From Phoronis australis (lineage: Eukaryota; Animalia; Phoronida): DNA of 64,000 bases. Below are positions 61,125-64,000 of the stretch, piece by piece. The number at the start of each line of letters is the position of its first letter. The stretch's first letter is position 1. The notes under the pieces were generated by a model. The model saw nothing but the letters and a program-made list of their open reading frames with translations. It searched no databases and was not told the origin of the DNA. The DNA lies in NCBI GenBank assembly GCA_002633005.1, contig NMRA01000013.1:261498-325497 (forward strand), in the 5' to 3' direction. Made by a program: the position numbers and the translations under genes.

Positions 61125-61269
61125 CATGTCACTTGGAGGATTAATGAACGCGGCCTTAGCACTCTTGCACAAAAAGTCACCGCCAGCAATGGCATTAACA
61201 TTGCAACTATTCACCGGTTGTTTTTTGCTAAGTGACATGAGTAAAGTTTAACGTAATTGTAAACCTTAA

Positions 61270-62903
61270 AGGAAAATGCCACCCAAAAAGCAACCTATTT
61301 TGTATCAGTTTAGATCGAGTAGTTCCACTCGATGACAGCAAGTTCAGTTGTTTCAGTTACCTGACGGTAGACGGAGGGTGTTGAAATTAACCAATGACGT
61401 AATCGGTTCGAACGCAGTCTGTTCAGTCCTTCACAACACGCGCATACTGGTGTCAACTTATCGCTTGAATTCATCGTTTTACACCAATAAATCATCAAAA
61501 TTCGATTTAAAACCCTTACAGATACGTCGGGTTCTTGAACAAACGGGTTGTTTTATTTCACTGTTATGGATTTATAGGTACATGTATTTGAACGTACCGT
61601 ATATATATACGACAGAGTTTGGTAGGCCAATTTACCATGGTCGATCGAGGGAGTTATGGTCTGTTTGGTGAAAAAAATCGAGTCATTCCTCCAAAATCGA
61701 GTCATTCCTCCATGAAATGTTGTACTTTTAGACTTGTGATTTTTGTCAGTTCTAAACACTCAAAACGCTTGTTATCCCAGCCAGTGGCTCGGAACCCGAT
61801 CCGTCGCGGCCGCCGGCCGTGGACATCACGAACATAAACCAGCTTAAGTTGGAAGCTAAACCTCCAGTCACAAAAAGACTATAATAGTGAGCCACACAAA
61901 TAAGGAGCACGTAATTATTGTGGTGAATTAGCCACGAAACTGAAAATTTACTTAGTTGTCACGGGTCGCTAAGGGCAGGTTGCCCCTCCAAAGAACCGCC
62001 AGGCAAAAGTTGTACATCCAGTAACTATGATTTGAATAATGTATTTGTACATGTATATCTAAATAAAGATTACCGACCACAGCATTTAAAATCGAGTTAT
62101 TGTTTCACAACAGCTTTCTCTCAGCAAACACTGAATTAGCATGCGCTCACACGGACTCGGTGCCCGGCCAATTACCTTTATTGCATATATAAAAAGCCGG
62201 TAACGCAGTGGTTTATTCATTGCTGTCTTCTCAAAAGGTTTGCACTCACGAATAGTCCAAAGACATTACAAATTGCACCTAATGAGACACGCTTTGTTTC
62301 AGTTTATACAAGCCTTGGTTAGGGTGAGAATGATGGCAACTCGCATTTCCGACTTAAACGAGAGCTCATCCGAAGGAAGACTTCACTGGTGGGCCGTTAG
62401 GTTTTACAGCCTATCAGTTCGAACCGGAATACACTAATCAAGAAATGCTAGATTCAGTTGGCGCCGTGAACACACAGGCAACAGAACGTATGGATAGTTC
62501 TTTGGTATAAGCCGGCATTCGTGAGAGACATCACTGTCGACGAAATGCCCGCCACAGACGCGGAGATGTTTCGCAGCCTCATACTAGCTATTAACAGCGT
62601 ACTTATTCTTCAATACCGCGAGCTACTTCCTAAGCATTTCGGACTCTCGAGGAAGTCGAAAAAGCGATATATCCGCTTTCCTTGCAGCTTAATTCATAGT
62701 TCGTACAAGCGGGAACGACTGCACCGTAACATAGCGGGATTAACTCTGCACTGAGATGAACCACTGACGTCGTTGCGTCGTTTCTCACCTTCCTCACAGG
62801 TTAACACGACACCTCTCGCCAAGTTCGACCGTATGCAAGGCGATGTAGATATAGACCGATTAAGAAGGTAAAAATGACTCATTAAATCGGGTGGCATTCT
62901 CCT
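61270..62903 (-). mobile_element. Kolobok-like THAP element, copy 2 (inverted)
   Basis: Reverse complement of 30002-31664 along its whole length; TTAA at 61266-61269 and 62904-62907; THAP ATG on the minus strand at 62732. Confidence 0.85.
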
Positions 62904-63116
62904 TTAAAACAAAAAATCACAAACAAAAACTTTCTTGATGAACGCCTCCTTTCATATCTAACTTTGATTCAGCCTTTTTGGGAATCTAAATTAATCCAAA
63001 GGCACTTTTAAGAGGTTAACACCAACCACTTTCCTCCGCCGTAGTCTTCTGTCTGTCGATGAATAGTTTAGCTCCGCCCAATTACATTTCGATAATTTCC
63101 GCAATCGGCCTTGGCT

Positions 63117-63168
63117 AGCACAAGGGTCTCTTGCATCCTTACAGCACAAGGGTCTCTTGCATCCTTAC
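63117..63168. repeat. Perfect 26-bp tandem duplication
   Basis: AGCACAAGGGTCTCTTGCATCCTTAC x2. Confidence 0.95.
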
Positions 63169-63732
63169 GCAACCAGTTGTTACATATAATTTAGTGGTGT
63201 GCCAAATGGGTGCCGAATAGTTTTACTAAGGTAGTGTGTCAAGTCAGTTTTCAGTCGATGTTGACCGTGACAGCGGATCGTTTCAGTGTTAGAAATGACC
63301 CTGGGCACAATTCATTCGTGCAAAACTGACCCCAAGCAATTGCTAAAATAAATAACTCAAGGGACTATGCCAGCGAATTAAAACTCTCACAGACTGGTTG
63401 CCAAATGAGATGGAAGGGAACAGGAATTTTTTTGAAACGCCACAAGAGAATTTTTCACTGACACAGATGTGGTCGCGCTAAAATTTCGTTCAAAATCAAA
63501 AAAAAAACAACAAAAAGTGTGGGTACAGGGTATGGTGAATAAAGAAAACATGTCGAAAATAATGGCCACTGACTGTTCCGAAGTTATATGTCCCTAAAAT
63601 CAACTAGGTAACAACGACGCGCCAGAGTCAGCAGGGTTTGGGCCCTATAATGACGTTTTGGCCGCAATTTAACGAGAAATAACATGATGAACACAAAAAT
63701 ATTGATAGTTATAGCAAAGACGATCGGTCTCT

Positions 63733-63914
63733 GGTGATAAATATAGATTATTACATGGCGAAGTCGTTATCCCCCGTTATCTAGAGCCCGAGTGGATTTT
63801 GGTGAATTATCGCCCGAGGGGCGTTAGCCCCGAGGGTGATAATTCTCCAAAATCCACGAGGGCTCTAGATAAGGGGGATAACGGCTGAGAACATGTAATA
63901 ATCTATTTATACCA
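63733..63914. mobile_element. Fully palindromic ~180-bp foldback MITE
   Basis: ATAGATTATTACATG..GTTATCCCCC.TTATCTAGAGCCC..GTGGATTTTGG mirrored by CCAAAATCCAC..GGGCTCTAGATAAGGGGGATAAC..CATGTAATAATCTAT. Confidence 0.8.
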
Positions 63915-64000
63915 CATACTAAACGAGAAACATTGCAATGAATCGATTTACCTTTTCTGACTCTCCACGGCTTTGTAACTACTTTCTATGTCAGAGGCCC

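Noticed and set aside
33000-64000. let-7/miR-100/miR-125 precursor cluster near lin-28
   Set aside because: I did not see the mature sequences (TGAGGTAG, AACCCGTAG, TCCCTGAG) in a hairpin context; manual scan only.

Overview
Eukaryotic (invertebrate metazoan) genomic DNA, so most entries in the ORF track are exon fragments or noise. Two spliced + strand genes can be built by hand with GT-AG introns and consistent frame. (1) An adhesion GPCR of about 1005 aa in 23 exons (1..32839; the A of the ATG is inferred to lie one base before the window). Its order is signal peptide, LRRNT, 4 LRR exons, LRRCT, a 12-Cys Ly6/uPAR (three-finger, LYPD6-like) domain, HormR, GAIN with a cleavable GPS (HL|TNFALLI), an ADGRG/GPR126-like 7TM and a tail ending SLRV. 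(2) A Lin-28 homolog of 167 aa in 4 exons (45446..59195; cold-shock domain plus two CCHC knuckles) with a lin-4/miR-125 seed site just after its stop. Introns and intergenic DNA hold many transposon derivatives: TTAA-flanked THAP-bearing Kolobok-like elements (two inverted 1.65-kb copies), nested Helentron/DINE-1-like elements, a tRNA-derived SINE family, several MITE families and a LINE RNase H remnant. The most interesting item is the receptor architecture: a three-finger domain with an N-x-V loop where ADGRA/GPR124-type receptors have an Ig domain. All homology calls are from motif recognition, not database searches.
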